Assembly (NCBI GenBank): GCA_040882365.1
Contig: JBBEBI010000037.1
Location: 9,419-73,418 of the forward strand
Origin: Anaerolineales bacterium
Lineage (GTDB): Bacteria; Chloroflexota; Anaerolineae; Anaerolineales; UBA11579
Direction: 5' to 3'
Length of the DNA: 64,000 nucleotides
Below, one piece after another: positions 56,068 through 64,000 of this stretch. The notes below the pieces were generated by a model, which made no database searches, was not told where the DNA came from, and was given only the letters and a program-made list of their open reading frames with translations. Numbering within the stretch: position 1 is the first letter of the stretch; the number at the start of each line of letters is the position of its first letter. The position numbers were made by a program, and so were the translations under genes.

Positions 56068-57245
56068 CAGCTTTTATCCTGTAAGGCGGCCAGGCCGGGC
56101 AGCAGCTTGCCTTCCAGCATTTCGAGGGAAGCGCCGCCGCCGGTGGAAATGTGAGTGATCTTGTCGGCGAGGCCGGATTGCTGCAGGGCAGAGACGGAAT
56201 CGCCACCGCCTACGATGCTATCCGCCCTAGAAGAGGCCACTGCCTTCGCCAGGGCGAAGGTCCCGGCGGCGAAGGGTTTCATTTCGAAAACGCCCATCGG
56301 CCCATTCCAGACCACGGTGCCGGCTTTCTGGATGAAGCCAGTGAATTCGTCCACCGTATCGGGGCCGATGTCCAGCACGCGCCAACCGGCAGGTACAGCG
56401 CCCACCTTCATCGTCTTATGGTGCGCCTTTTCATCAAAGGCATCGGCGATCACGAAATCTACAGGCAGGCGCAATTTACGGCTGCCTGCCGCCAGCAAGG
56501 TTTTGGCCGTGTCGATAGCCTCAGTTTCCACAAGAGAGTCGCCCATCTCAAGCCCCTGGGCCTTGAGGATGGTATTCGCCATCCCCCCACCGATCAGCAA
56601 CTGGTCAGCCTTATCCAGCAGATTGCGGATCACTTCGATCTTATCACTCACCTTGGCGCCGCCGATGATGGCTACGAAAGGCCGCTTGGGCTCTGCCAGC
56701 GCCTGGCCCAGGTAATGAATTTCCTTTTCCATCAGGTACCCGGCCACTGCCGGCAAATAGTGGGCAACGCCCTCGGTGGAGGCGTGAGCGCGGTGAGCTG
56801 AACCAAAAGCATCATTCACATACAAATCAGCCAAGCCTGCTAGTGCTTTGGACATCGCGGGGTCATTCTTCGTTTCGCCGGGATAAAAGCGGGTGTTCTC
56901 CAATAAAAGGATCTCGCCTGGTTTTAGAGCTTTGGCAGCGGCCTCCGCCTTGGGACCCACGCATTCCTCAACGAAGATCACCGGGGCTTGCACTAATCCC
57001 TTCAGGTAATCAGCTACCGGGCGCAGAGAAAATTTCGGGTCCGGCTTATCCTTGGGGCGGCCCAAATGCGAACATAGCAACACAGCCGCGCCGCCGTCCA
57101 ATAAATGTTGGATGGTGGGCAACGCCGCACGGATACGCGTATCATCCTGCACTACGCCGTCCTCGATGGGCACATTGAAATCGACACGCACCAGCACGCG
57201 TTTGCCGCGCGGGTCGATATTTTCGATGGTCTTCTTATTGAACAA
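56067..57245 (-). CDS. pgk: Phosphoglycerate kinase
   Basis: [12 protein letters not shown]...SHLGRPK...LLENTRF...AFGSAHRAH...WNGPMGVFE...GGGDS. 1-nt overlap with the tpiA start. Confidence 0.95.
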   Translation of the reverse strand: MFNKKTIENIDPRGKRVLVRVDFNVPIEDGVVQDDTRIRAALPTIQHLLDGGAAVLLCSHLGRPKDKPDPKFSLRPVADYLKGLVQAPVIFVEECVGPKAEAAAKALKPGEILLLENTRFYPGETKNDPAMSKALAGLADLYVNDAFGSAHRAHASTEGVAHYLPAVAGYLMEKEIHYLGQALAEPKRPFVAIIGGAKVSDKIEVIRNLLDKADQLLIGGGMANTILKAQGLEMGDSLVETEAIDTAKTLLAAGSRKLRLPVDFVIADAFDEKAHHKTMKVGAVPAGWRVLDIGPDTVDEFTGFIQKAGTVVWNGPMGVFEMKPFAAGTFALAKAVASSRADSIVGGGDSVSALQQSGLADKITHISTGGGASLEMLEGKLLPGLAALQDKS

Positions 57246-57283
57246 GTAAGCTCCTTTGATCGAGGTCCCTTCCCCCCTTGGAA

Positions 57284-58696
57284 TTACATATCTTTTAGCG
57301 GCGCCAGCGGCCCTGTGCGCTCCTGCAAGAGATCGATCAGAGTTTGGGCCAGCTTGTCGGCTCGGTGGTGGCCGGGGCGCTCCGGATCGGCCAAATCAGC
57401 AGAATAGAGCGCATATTGCTCGTCTAATCCTTCTTCCGCAACCACCCATTGAGAACCTGGCGGCAGCGTGGAAGGCTGCTTTTGGTTGCTGATCACGATA
57501 TCGAAAAAGCCGGGACCCACGTGCGATTCGAGAGCGCGGATGTGGTCGCCGCAGGCATAACCCTCTGTTTCGCCTGGCTGGGTGGCCAGGTTGCAAATAA
57601 AGATCTTCAACGCCGGGCTGTTGCGCAGTGCGGCGGCCAAATCAGGCACCAATAAATTGGGCAGAATGCTGGTGTAAAGGCTACCCGGACCAATGACAAT
57701 AAGATCGGCGTTGAGCAGCGCGTTCACCGCGTCCGGATAGGCCGGCGGCGCATTCGGCTCCAGCCACACGTGGCGCACTGCGCCGGTCATCACAGGAATC
57801 TGGCTTTCACCCCGCACACGCACTTCGGCGTTGGTCAACGGCACCGAAAGATCGGCCACCAGCCTCACATCGTGGAGGGTGGCGGGAAGTACGCGCCCGT
57901 AGACCGAAAGCACGCGACCGGATTCGGCGACGGCTTCCTCGAAGCTCCCCGTAATTTCGCTCAGGGCGCTGATGAAGAGGTTGCCAAAGGAATGCCCTTC
58001 CATACCGTTCTCCCCGCTGGAGAATCGATATTGGAATAATTGCGTGATCAGGGTTTCATCGTTGGAGAGGGCTGCCAGACAATTACGGATGTCCCCGGGG
58101 GGTAGCACGCCGAGGCTGCTGCGTAAGCGCCCCGAGGAACCTCCATCGTCGGCCACAGTGACGATGGCGGTGAGATTGTAAGTGTGAGCTTTGAGGCCGC
58201 GCAACAAGGTGGCCATGCCATGCCCGCCGCCGATGACGGCGATGCGCGGCCCGCGGCCGCGTTTGCGGTGATCGGCGAGGGTGTCCACCACGCGATGGCC
58301 CGGGCGCAGATAAGGGGCCAAGAGGTTTGCGTTCAACTTGATGACGCCGAAAACGACCGCAAGTACGCCCAAAGTACCGAAAATGCCCGCCCGCACAGTG
58401 CGATCCAGGAAGCGCAGAGAGAGCCAGTCAAAGACCGGCAACCACCAGGTATCCGGCGAGGTGCGATATACGTCGAGCACCAACATAGCTCCGCCGATGC
58501 CGAGCAGAAAGGTTCCAAAGAGAATGAGCAGAATCCAGCGTTTGACCCCCAGACCCGGCGTGAACCAGCGCTTGGCCTCAGACCAGGCAACGCGCAATCC
58601 CTTGGTTAGCCGAGCGACCATACTGCGAGGATGATAGCAGTCTTTAAATGCACCGTCAAACCATGCCCGAAAATGGGAGACCGCGGGGATCTGCAA
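57284..58696 (-). CDS. YvcK/CofD-family gluconeogenesis-factor-like protein with an N-terminal two-TM extension
   Basis: [18 protein letters not shown]...[18 protein letters not shown]...PPGDIRNCL is the UPF0052 core. TM segments [21 protein letters not shown] and [14 protein letters not shown] precede it. An alternative start is MVARL at 58621. Confidence 0.8.
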   Translation of the reverse strand: MQIPAVSHFRAWFDGAFKDCYHPRSMVARLTKGLRVAWSEAKRWFTPGLGVKRWILLILFGTFLLGIGGAMLVLDVYRTSPDTWWLPVFDWLSLRFLDRTVRAGIFGTLGVLAVVFGVIKLNANLLAPYLRPGHRVVDTLADHRKRGRGPRIAVIGGGHGMATLLRGLKAHTYNLTAIVTVADDGGSSGRLRSSLGVLPPGDIRNCLAALSNDETLITQLFQYRFSSGENGMEGHSFGNLFISALSEITGSFEEAVAESGRVLSVYGRVLPATLHDVRLVADLSVPLTNAEVRVRGESQIPVMTGAVRHVWLEPNAPPAYPDAVNALLNADLIVIGPGSLYTSILPNLLVPDLAAALRNSPALKIFICNLATQPGETEGYACGDHIRALESHVGPGFFDIVISNQKQPSTLPPGSQWVVAEEGLDEQYALYSADLADPERPGHHRADKLAQTLIDLLQERTGPLAPLKDM

Positions 58697-58728
58697 CTCA
58701 TATCAAGTTATCATTGAGAGAACTACGC

Positions 58729-60420
58729 ATGCCATCCCTTGCAAAACACTGGCTGATCCTCAATAAGCTAACCCCACAGGCGGATCAGAACCTTGCCGGC
58801 TACCCGCCCTTGCTGCGGCAGGCCCTGTTCAACCGCGGCCTGGGAACGGCGGAGGAGTCTAAACGTTACCTGGCGGCGTTGCCACCAGAGGTCAACGATC
58901 CCTTCCGCATGAAAGGCATGGGGACGGCCGTCGACCGACTGGTGCATGCCATTCAAAGTGGCGAGACCGTCATTGTCTACGGGGACTACGATGCCGATGG
59001 CGTGACGGCCACGGCGTTGTTGTTGCATACCATCCAGGCGCTGGGCGGCAAGGCCCAGCCTTACATCCCCGACCGCTTCGAGGAGGGTTACGGGTTGAAT
59101 GTGGGGGCTTTGCAGCAATTGAAGGAAGGCGGCGCGTCCGTCGTAGTGACCGTGGACTGCGGCGTGAGATCGCTGAAAGAAGCGGAAGAAGCCAAACGGC
59201 TGGGGCTCGACCTGATAATTACCGACCATCACTCGGTGGGCCCGGAGTTGCCCAACGCCTTCGCCCTGATCAATACCAAGCAACCCGGTTGTGAATACCC
59301 CGAAAAACAGCTAGCGGGAGTAGGCACCGCCTTCAAGCTGGCTTGTGCACTGGAGGCTCGGCTGCGACCTGTAGCGATAGCTGATGGCAGTATGCTGGAC
59401 CTCGTGGCGCTGGGCACCGTTGCCGATATGGTGCCACTGACGGGGGAGAACCGCTGGATGGTGCGCGAGGGTTTGGCTCGATTACGCAAGCCACAGCGCC
59501 AGGGGGTTTTGTCATTGATCGGTGTATCCGGGCTGAAACCGACTGCGGTATCTGCCGGAGATATAGGCTATCTGCTCGGGCCGCGCCTCAACGCCGCTGG
59601 CCGTCTGGAGACGGCGAAAAATGCCTTGAATCTTCTTATGACCAACGATGTCTTCGAGGCGGGAAGGCTGGCGCAGTACCTGGACAGCCAGAACCGTGAG
59701 AGGCAGGAACTCACTCGCCAAATGACCGAATCGGCAGAGGGGATCGCCGCTGCTCAAGGCGATGCCTTGCTCTTGGTCGCCCTTCAAGAGGAATACAACC
59801 CCGGCGTGGTCGGCCTGGTGGCCTCTCGCCTGGTGGAGCGCTTCTACCGCCCGGCTATCGTAGGGCAGCGCGGCGCGGAGTATACGCGCGCCTCTTGCCG
59901 CAGCATCCCCGAGTTCCACATCACCCGCGCCCTGGAAAGTTGCGCGGACTTGTTCCAAAACTTCGGCGGGCACGCCGCCGCAGCCGGCTTCACCGTGCGC
60001 AACGATCGCCTGCCCGAAGCCCTTGAGCGCCTGCAGGCCATCGCCAGGGAACAGCTTAGCGGGAAGGACCTGTTCCCCGTACTGGTAGCAGATGCCGAGG
60101 TGCCCCTATCTGAGCTAAAGGCTGACGTCATCCAGCACTTCGAATTGATCGAGCCGACGGGATATGGCAATCCGCAGGTGAGCCTGGTAAGCCGCGGGCT
60201 GCAGGTGCTAGATGCGCGGGTTGTGGGCCAGGAAGGCAAGCACCTCAAGCTAACCGTAACAGACGGCTGGATCACTTACGATGCCATCGCTTTCCGCCAG
60301 GGGCATTGGATCGAAGCGCTGCCCAAGGTCGTGGATCTGCTGTACCGCTTCGAGGCCAATGAGTTCAATGGCCGCAGCACACTGCAACTCAATGTGCGCG
60401 ACCTGAAGGCGAGTACGTAG
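58729..60420 (+). CDS. recJ: Single-stranded-DNA-specific exonuclease RecJ
   Basis: VIVYGDYDADGVTATALL...VTVDCG...LIITDHH (DHH motifs)...GGHAAAAGF (DHHA1). Start taken at MPSLAKHW. Confidence 0.9.
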   Translation: MPSLAKHWLILNKLTPQADQNLAGYPPLLRQALFNRGLGTAEESKRYLAALPPEVNDPFRMKGMGTAVDRLVHAIQSGETVIVYGDYDADGVTATALLLHTIQALGGKAQPYIPDRFEEGYGLNVGALQQLKEGGASVVVTVDCGVRSLKEAEEAKRLGLDLIITDHHSVGPELPNAFALINTKQPGCEYPEKQLAGVGTAFKLACALEARLRPVAIADGSMLDLVALGTVADMVPLTGENRWMVREGLARLRKPQRQGVLSLIGVSGLKPTAVSAGDIGYLLGPRLNAAGRLETAKNALNLLMTNDVFEAGRLAQYLDSQNRERQELTRQMTESAEGIAAAQGDALLLVALQEEYNPGVVGLVASRLVERFYRPAIVGQRGAEYTRASCRSIPEFHITRALESCADLFQNFGGHAAAAGFTVRNDRLPEALERLQAIAREQLSGKDLFPVLVADAEVPLSELKADVIQHFELIEPTGYGNPQVSLVSRGLQVLDARVVGQEGKHLKLTVTDGWITYDAIAFRQGHWIEALPKVVDLLYRFEANEFNGRSTLQLNVRDLKAST

Positions 60421-60451
60421 AGGATTTTTTCTGGGTAACGGCCGGGGGAAA

Positions 60452-61132
60452 CTAATCGACAAAGCGATATTTCAACAGTGCCCACAGGGCAAGGAAGGCA
60501 TCCTTGATCCCGATCTTTTTCCCTTCGGAATAATCGCGGGGATTGAACGAGATCGGCACTTCAAAAAGCCGGATCTTGCGTTTTAGGACTTTGGCTGTAA
60601 TTTCAGGCTCGAAGTCAAAACTATTGGAGCGGATGCGTATCTGGTTAAGAATGTCCCTGCGGAAGAGCTTGTAACCGGTTTCCATATCCGTGAGGATATT
60701 GTTGTAAAGGATATTGGTAAGGAAGGTCAGCAGTTTATTGGCCACCATGTGCCAATACATGGTCGGCCGCCGGGGACCGCCAAGGAAGCGCGACCCATAA
60801 ACCACGTCGGCCACGCCCTCGTGAATCGGCTTGAGCAGGGCAGGGATATCGCGCGGATCGTATTCGAGGTCGGCATCCTGGATGAGGATCAAATCGCCGG
60901 TTGCGACTTCGATGCCGCTACGCACCGCGGCTCCCTTGCCGCGATTTTTAGGGTGCCTGATCACACGCAGCTGCGCGCCCTGCAGTTGCTGCACGGTGTC
61001 ACCCGTCCCGTCGGTGGAGCCATCATCGACCACAATGATCTCATCCGCGAGGCTTACCTCTTGTAAACGCCTCAGGATCTCAGGTACGGTGGCCTTTTCG
61101 TTGTATACGGGCACGATCACGGAGAGTCGCAT
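60452..61132 (-). CDS. Family 2 glycosyltransferase (polyprenol-phosphate sugar transferase-like)
   Basis: [10 protein letters not shown]...[12 protein letters not shown]...NRGKGAA...[12 protein letters not shown]. Confidence 0.85.
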   Translation of the reverse strand: MRLSVIVPVYNEKATVPEILRRLQEVSLADEIIVVDDGSTDGTGDTVQQLQGAQLRVIRHPKNRGKGAAVRSGIEVATGDLILIQDADLEYDPRDIPALLKPIHEGVADVVYGSRFLGGPRRPTMYWHMVANKLLTFLTNILYNNILTDMETGYKLFRRDILNQIRIRSNSFDFEPEITAKVLKRKIRLFEVPISFNPRDYSEGKKIGIKDAFLALWALLKYRFVD

Positions 61133-61270
61133 GCGGCGATTATATATGCGATTAGGAGGAAAGTACGCCCATGCTATAATCGCGGCCTGACCGAATCATA
61201 AGGGGAAAGCACTCCGAATTTTCTCTTTACTAGAATGAACACCGTGAGCGTGGCAATACTAGATAAACAA

Positions 61271-64000
61271 ATGATGAAGCGCAACCTTAAGCGCCAGGCC
61301 TGGAAGGCCGCGCTGCTGTTGGGTTTGCTGGCCGCTAACCTGGTGGGGGGAACGATGGCAAGCCAGGCGGCCCCCCTCGCCCAAGAGGATGATCCCACCC
61401 AGAAGGCCCTTGCACTGTTGGAAACCCTCACACCAGAAGAGCGTGTGGGCCAGCTTTTCCTGGTCACCTTCAGGGGTTTCACCGCCGCCCAGGAAAGCCA
61501 GATCTACGACCTGATCGCCAACTATCATATCGGCGGCGTAATGCTGCGCCGCGATATGGACAATTTCGTCGCCGCCCCTGATACGGTGGCAGGGGCGGCG
61601 AACTTAATCGCCGACTTACAGGGCGCCGAGGCCGTTTCTTCCGAAACCCGGCGCGCCGATGTCATCAGCGGAGATACCTACACTCCCAGCTACATCCCCA
61701 TATTCATTGCCCTTTCGGAGGAAGGCGACGGATATCCCACTGACCAGATCCTTAGCGGCCTAAGCCCGCTGCCGAGCGCCATGACCATTGGAGCCACGTG
61801 GAATCCTGACCTGGCCCGGCAAGCCGGAGAGCTGCTCGGATCGGAACTCTCGGCGCTGGGGGTCAACCTGTTGCTGGGCCCCTCCCTGGATGTGCTGGAG
61901 AGCCCGCGGCCGCGCAGCCCCGGCGACCTGGCCGCGCGCAGTTTTGGCGGCGATCCGTTCTGGGTGGGGAAATTGGGGCAGGCCTTCATCGAAGGGGTGC
62001 ACGTGGGCAGCGCAAACCAAGTAGCCGTGGTGGCCAAACATCTGCCCGGTTATGGAGGCTCCGACCGGCCAACGGATGAGGAATTGCCCACCGTGCGCAA
62101 GTCATTGAACCAGCTCACGCAGATCGAACTGCCGCCCTTCTTTGCGGTTACCGGGGAAGCCTCCAGCCTGGAAGCTACGGCGGACGCTATGCTCCTGGCG
62201 CATATTCGCTACCAGGGATTCCAGGGCAACATCCGCGCCACCACGCGCCCGATCAGTTTCGATCCTCAGGCTTTCGCCCAGCTGATGGCGCTACCCCAAT
62301 TTGCCACCTGGCGGGCGAACGGAGGCTTGATCATCAGCGACAGTCTGGGCACGCGCGCCATCCGGCGCAACTATGATCCGGCGGAACAGATGTTCAACTC
62401 CCCCTTGGTAGCGCGCGACGCGTTCCTGGCGGGCAACGACGTTTTGTATCTGGGCAACTTCGTCGCTAACAATGACCCGGATGCCTACGCCAGCATTGTG
62501 CGCACGGTGGAATTCTTCGCACACAAATACCGCGAAGACCAGGCTTTCTCCGAACGGGTAGACCAGGCGGTCACGCGCATACTAGCGCTAAAGTTCAAGA
62601 TCTATCCTGACTTCTCGCCAAGCGAAGTCCTGCCCGATGCAGATGCCGTTCAAACCATCGGCCAAAACGAGAGCCTGATTTTCGAGATCGGCCGGCAGGC
62701 AGCCACGCTCTTGAGCCCCAGCGCTGAGGAACTGCCCAACTTGCTGCCCGAACCGCCTGGGCAATTCGAACAGATCGTGTTCTTTACGGATGTCGCCACG
62801 GTGCAGCAATGCAGTCAATGTGATGTCGTACCCTCAATCGATCCATCGGCCTTGTCCGAAGCGGTGCTGGGCCTTTACGGGCCAAACGCCGGCAACCAGA
62901 TCACTGCAGCCAACTTGGTCTCTTTTTCGTTCATTGAGCTTCTCCGTACGCTCGACGATAGCTGGCCTGGTGGGGAAGATCCCGTAGCGGGGAACATGCA
63001 ACGCGCCGAATGGGTGGTCTTTGCCCTGGGAAGAGACGATGGCAGCCCGGAGTCAGCTGCCCTGCGCCGCCTGCTTTCCGAGCGCCCCGACATGATCCAA
63101 AACAAAAGGGTCATCGTATTCGCGTTGAACGCGCCATATTTTCTGGACGCCACGGATATCACCAAGATCACCGCGTATTACGGTCTTTACAGCAAGCAAC
63201 AAGGCATCGCCGAAGTAGCCGCCAGATTGCTCTACCAGGAAATCAGCATGCCTGGAAATTCGCCGGTTTCCATCGAAGGCATTGGCTACGAACTGATCGA
63301 AGCCACATCTCCCGATGAGACGCAAGTCATTCCCATCGGCGTGCAGCGTATCTTGCCCGCCAGCATAGAAACCCCAGGCCCCACTTCAGAAGCAACCGCC
63401 GAACCCACTCCCATCCCCACTTACCAAGCAGGGGACCTGTTGAGCCTGCAGGCCGGGCCCATCATCGACCACAACGGGCATACCGTGCCGGATAGCACGC
63501 CGGTTACTTTTGGCATCACCATTGTGAGCGAAGGGACAACGCTAACGCGGCAGGTCAACGCCACCACGCGGAATGGCATGGCGTTAGCCAGTTATTCCAT
63601 CGAAGAGGAAGGAAGCCTGCAGATCCTAGCCTCCAGCGGCGAGCCGCCGGCCAGTTCAGAAGCCTTGCGCTTCGATGTGATCGGCATCAATCCCGAAGGT
63701 TTGGCACTCCAGGCTACCCAGACCGCCCAGGCCCAATCGTTGGCCACCGCGGCGGCCGCACCGGAGACGACGCCCACGCCATTTGCAGCCACCGAGCAGC
63801 CGGAGGAACCCAAGCGCGCCAACCTCGTGGACTGGTTCCTTATCACCATGGTCTCCGTGGTGGCAGGCGCGTTCGCCTACCAGGTCGGCCTCAACATGCG
63901 CAAAGTTCGCTGGGCAGTGCGCTGGGGATTAACCACCTTCATCGGCGGCTTGCTGGTTGGCAGTTACCTGGCCTTGGACCTGCCGGGCAGCCATGAAGTA
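61271..64000 (+). CDS. Glycoside hydrolase family 3 (NagZ/beta-glucosidase-like) protein with an Ig-like region and C-terminal TM segments; the 3' end lies beyond the window
   Basis: Not in the ORF track because it runs off the edge. Read directly: signal-like MMKRNLKRQAWKAALLLGLLAANLV, then ERVGQLFLV...HIGGVML, ...LLGPSLDV...RSFGGDP...VAKHLPGYGG...ELPPF. The frame is open wherever I spot-checked it (61271-61500, 62042-62470 and 63842-64000). The last 50 codons are hydrophobic (ITMVSVVAGAFAYQVGL...). An alternative start is ATG 61235. Confidence 0.8.
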   Translation, partial: MMKRNLKRQAWKAALLLGLLAANLVGGTMASQAAPLAQEDDPTQKALALLETLTPEERVGQLFLVTFRGFTAAQESQIYDLIANYHIGGVMLRRDMDNFVAAPDTVAGAANLIADLQGAEAVSSETRRADVISGDTYTPSYIPIFIALSEEGDGYPTDQILSGLSPLPSAMTIGATWNPDLARQAGELLGSELSALGVNLLLGPSLDVLESPRPRSPGDLAARSFGGDPFWVGKLGQAFIEGVHVGSANQVAVVAKHLPGYGGSDRPTDEELPTVRKSLNQLTQIELPPFFAVTGEASSLEATADAMLLAHIRYQGFQGNIRATTRPISFDPQAFAQLMALPQFATWRANGGLIISDSLGTRAIRRNYDPAEQMFNSPLVARDAFLAGNDVLYLGNFVANNDPDAYASIVRTVEFFAHKYREDQAFSERVDQAVTRILALKFKIYPDFSPSEVLPDADAVQTIGQNESLIFEIGRQAATLLSPSAEELPNLLPEPPGQFEQIVFFTDVATVQQCSQCDVVPSIDPSALSEAVLGLYGPNAGNQITAANLVSFSFIELLRTLDDSWPGGEDPVAGNMQRAEWVVFALGRDDGSPESAALRRLLSERPDMIQNKRVIVFALNAPYFLDATDITKITAYYGLYSKQQGIAEVAARLLYQEISMPGNSPVSIEGIGYELIEATSPDETQVIPIGVQRILPASIETPGPTSEATAEPTPIPTYQAGDLLSLQAGPIIDHNGHTVPDSTPVTFGITIVSEGTTLTRQVNATTRNGMALASYSIEEEGSLQILASSGEPPASSEALRFDVIGINPEGLALQATQTAQAQSLATAAAAPETTPTPFAATEQPEEPKRANLVDWFLITMVSVVAGAFAYQVGLNMRKVRWAVRWGLTTFIGGLLVGSYLALDLPGSHEV

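Overview
64-kb chromosomal window, roughly 55-60% GC by eye. It is gene-dense and has no rRNA, tRNA, CRISPR array, transposase or integrase that I can recognise. Gene content suggests a Chloroflexota (Anaerolineae/Caldilineae-like) genome; this is inference only, based on LysM/M23 lipoprotein paralogs, TopA with an N-terminal zinc ribbon, and tailed S16 and RimM. Most of the window is housekeeping. That set is: gyrA (partial, runs off the 5' edge), an aconitase, comEA, thrB, dcd, a fused formimidoyltransferase-cyclodeaminase, sbcC, prfA, prmC, tsaC, nirK, topA, dprA, rimM, a KH protein, rpsP, a pyrimidine-nucleoside phosphorylase, queA, ruvB, upp, tpiA, pgk, a yvcK-like gene, recJ, and a GH3 glycosidase (partial, runs off the 3' edge). 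The two edge genes are absent from the supplied ORF track and were read directly from the sequence. The most unusual locus is 43.2-50.4 kb. A large MalT-type STAND NTPase with a C-terminal SARP (wHTH+BTAD) module comes first. Two Shine-Dalgarno-equipped small genes follow: a 63-aa peptide built from about 3.8 tandem copies of QPCGGGVGTGP(S/T)FA (a 42-bp DNA repeat whose copy differences are almost all synonymous), and a 71-aa NHLP/Nif11-leader-like protein. A multi-GAF HD-GYP protein comes next. This looks like an orphan multi-core RiPP-type precursor locus with no tailoring enzyme in the window. Other points worth a second look: a cytoplasmic histidine kinase with a tandem MshEN-type c-di-GMP-binding motif; thrC disrupted by an internal deletion of about 105 aa plus a frameshift; three tandem LysM/M23 lipoprotein paralogs around a Tat-exported fusion of a cysteine-peptidase-like domain and a beta-lactamase-like domain; NirK with an N-terminal cupredoxin domain and two palindromes upstream; an sbcC with no sbcD; and a short HD-GYP C-terminal relic in an intergenic region. 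All calls come from reading translations and motifs by eye. No database search or computation was run.
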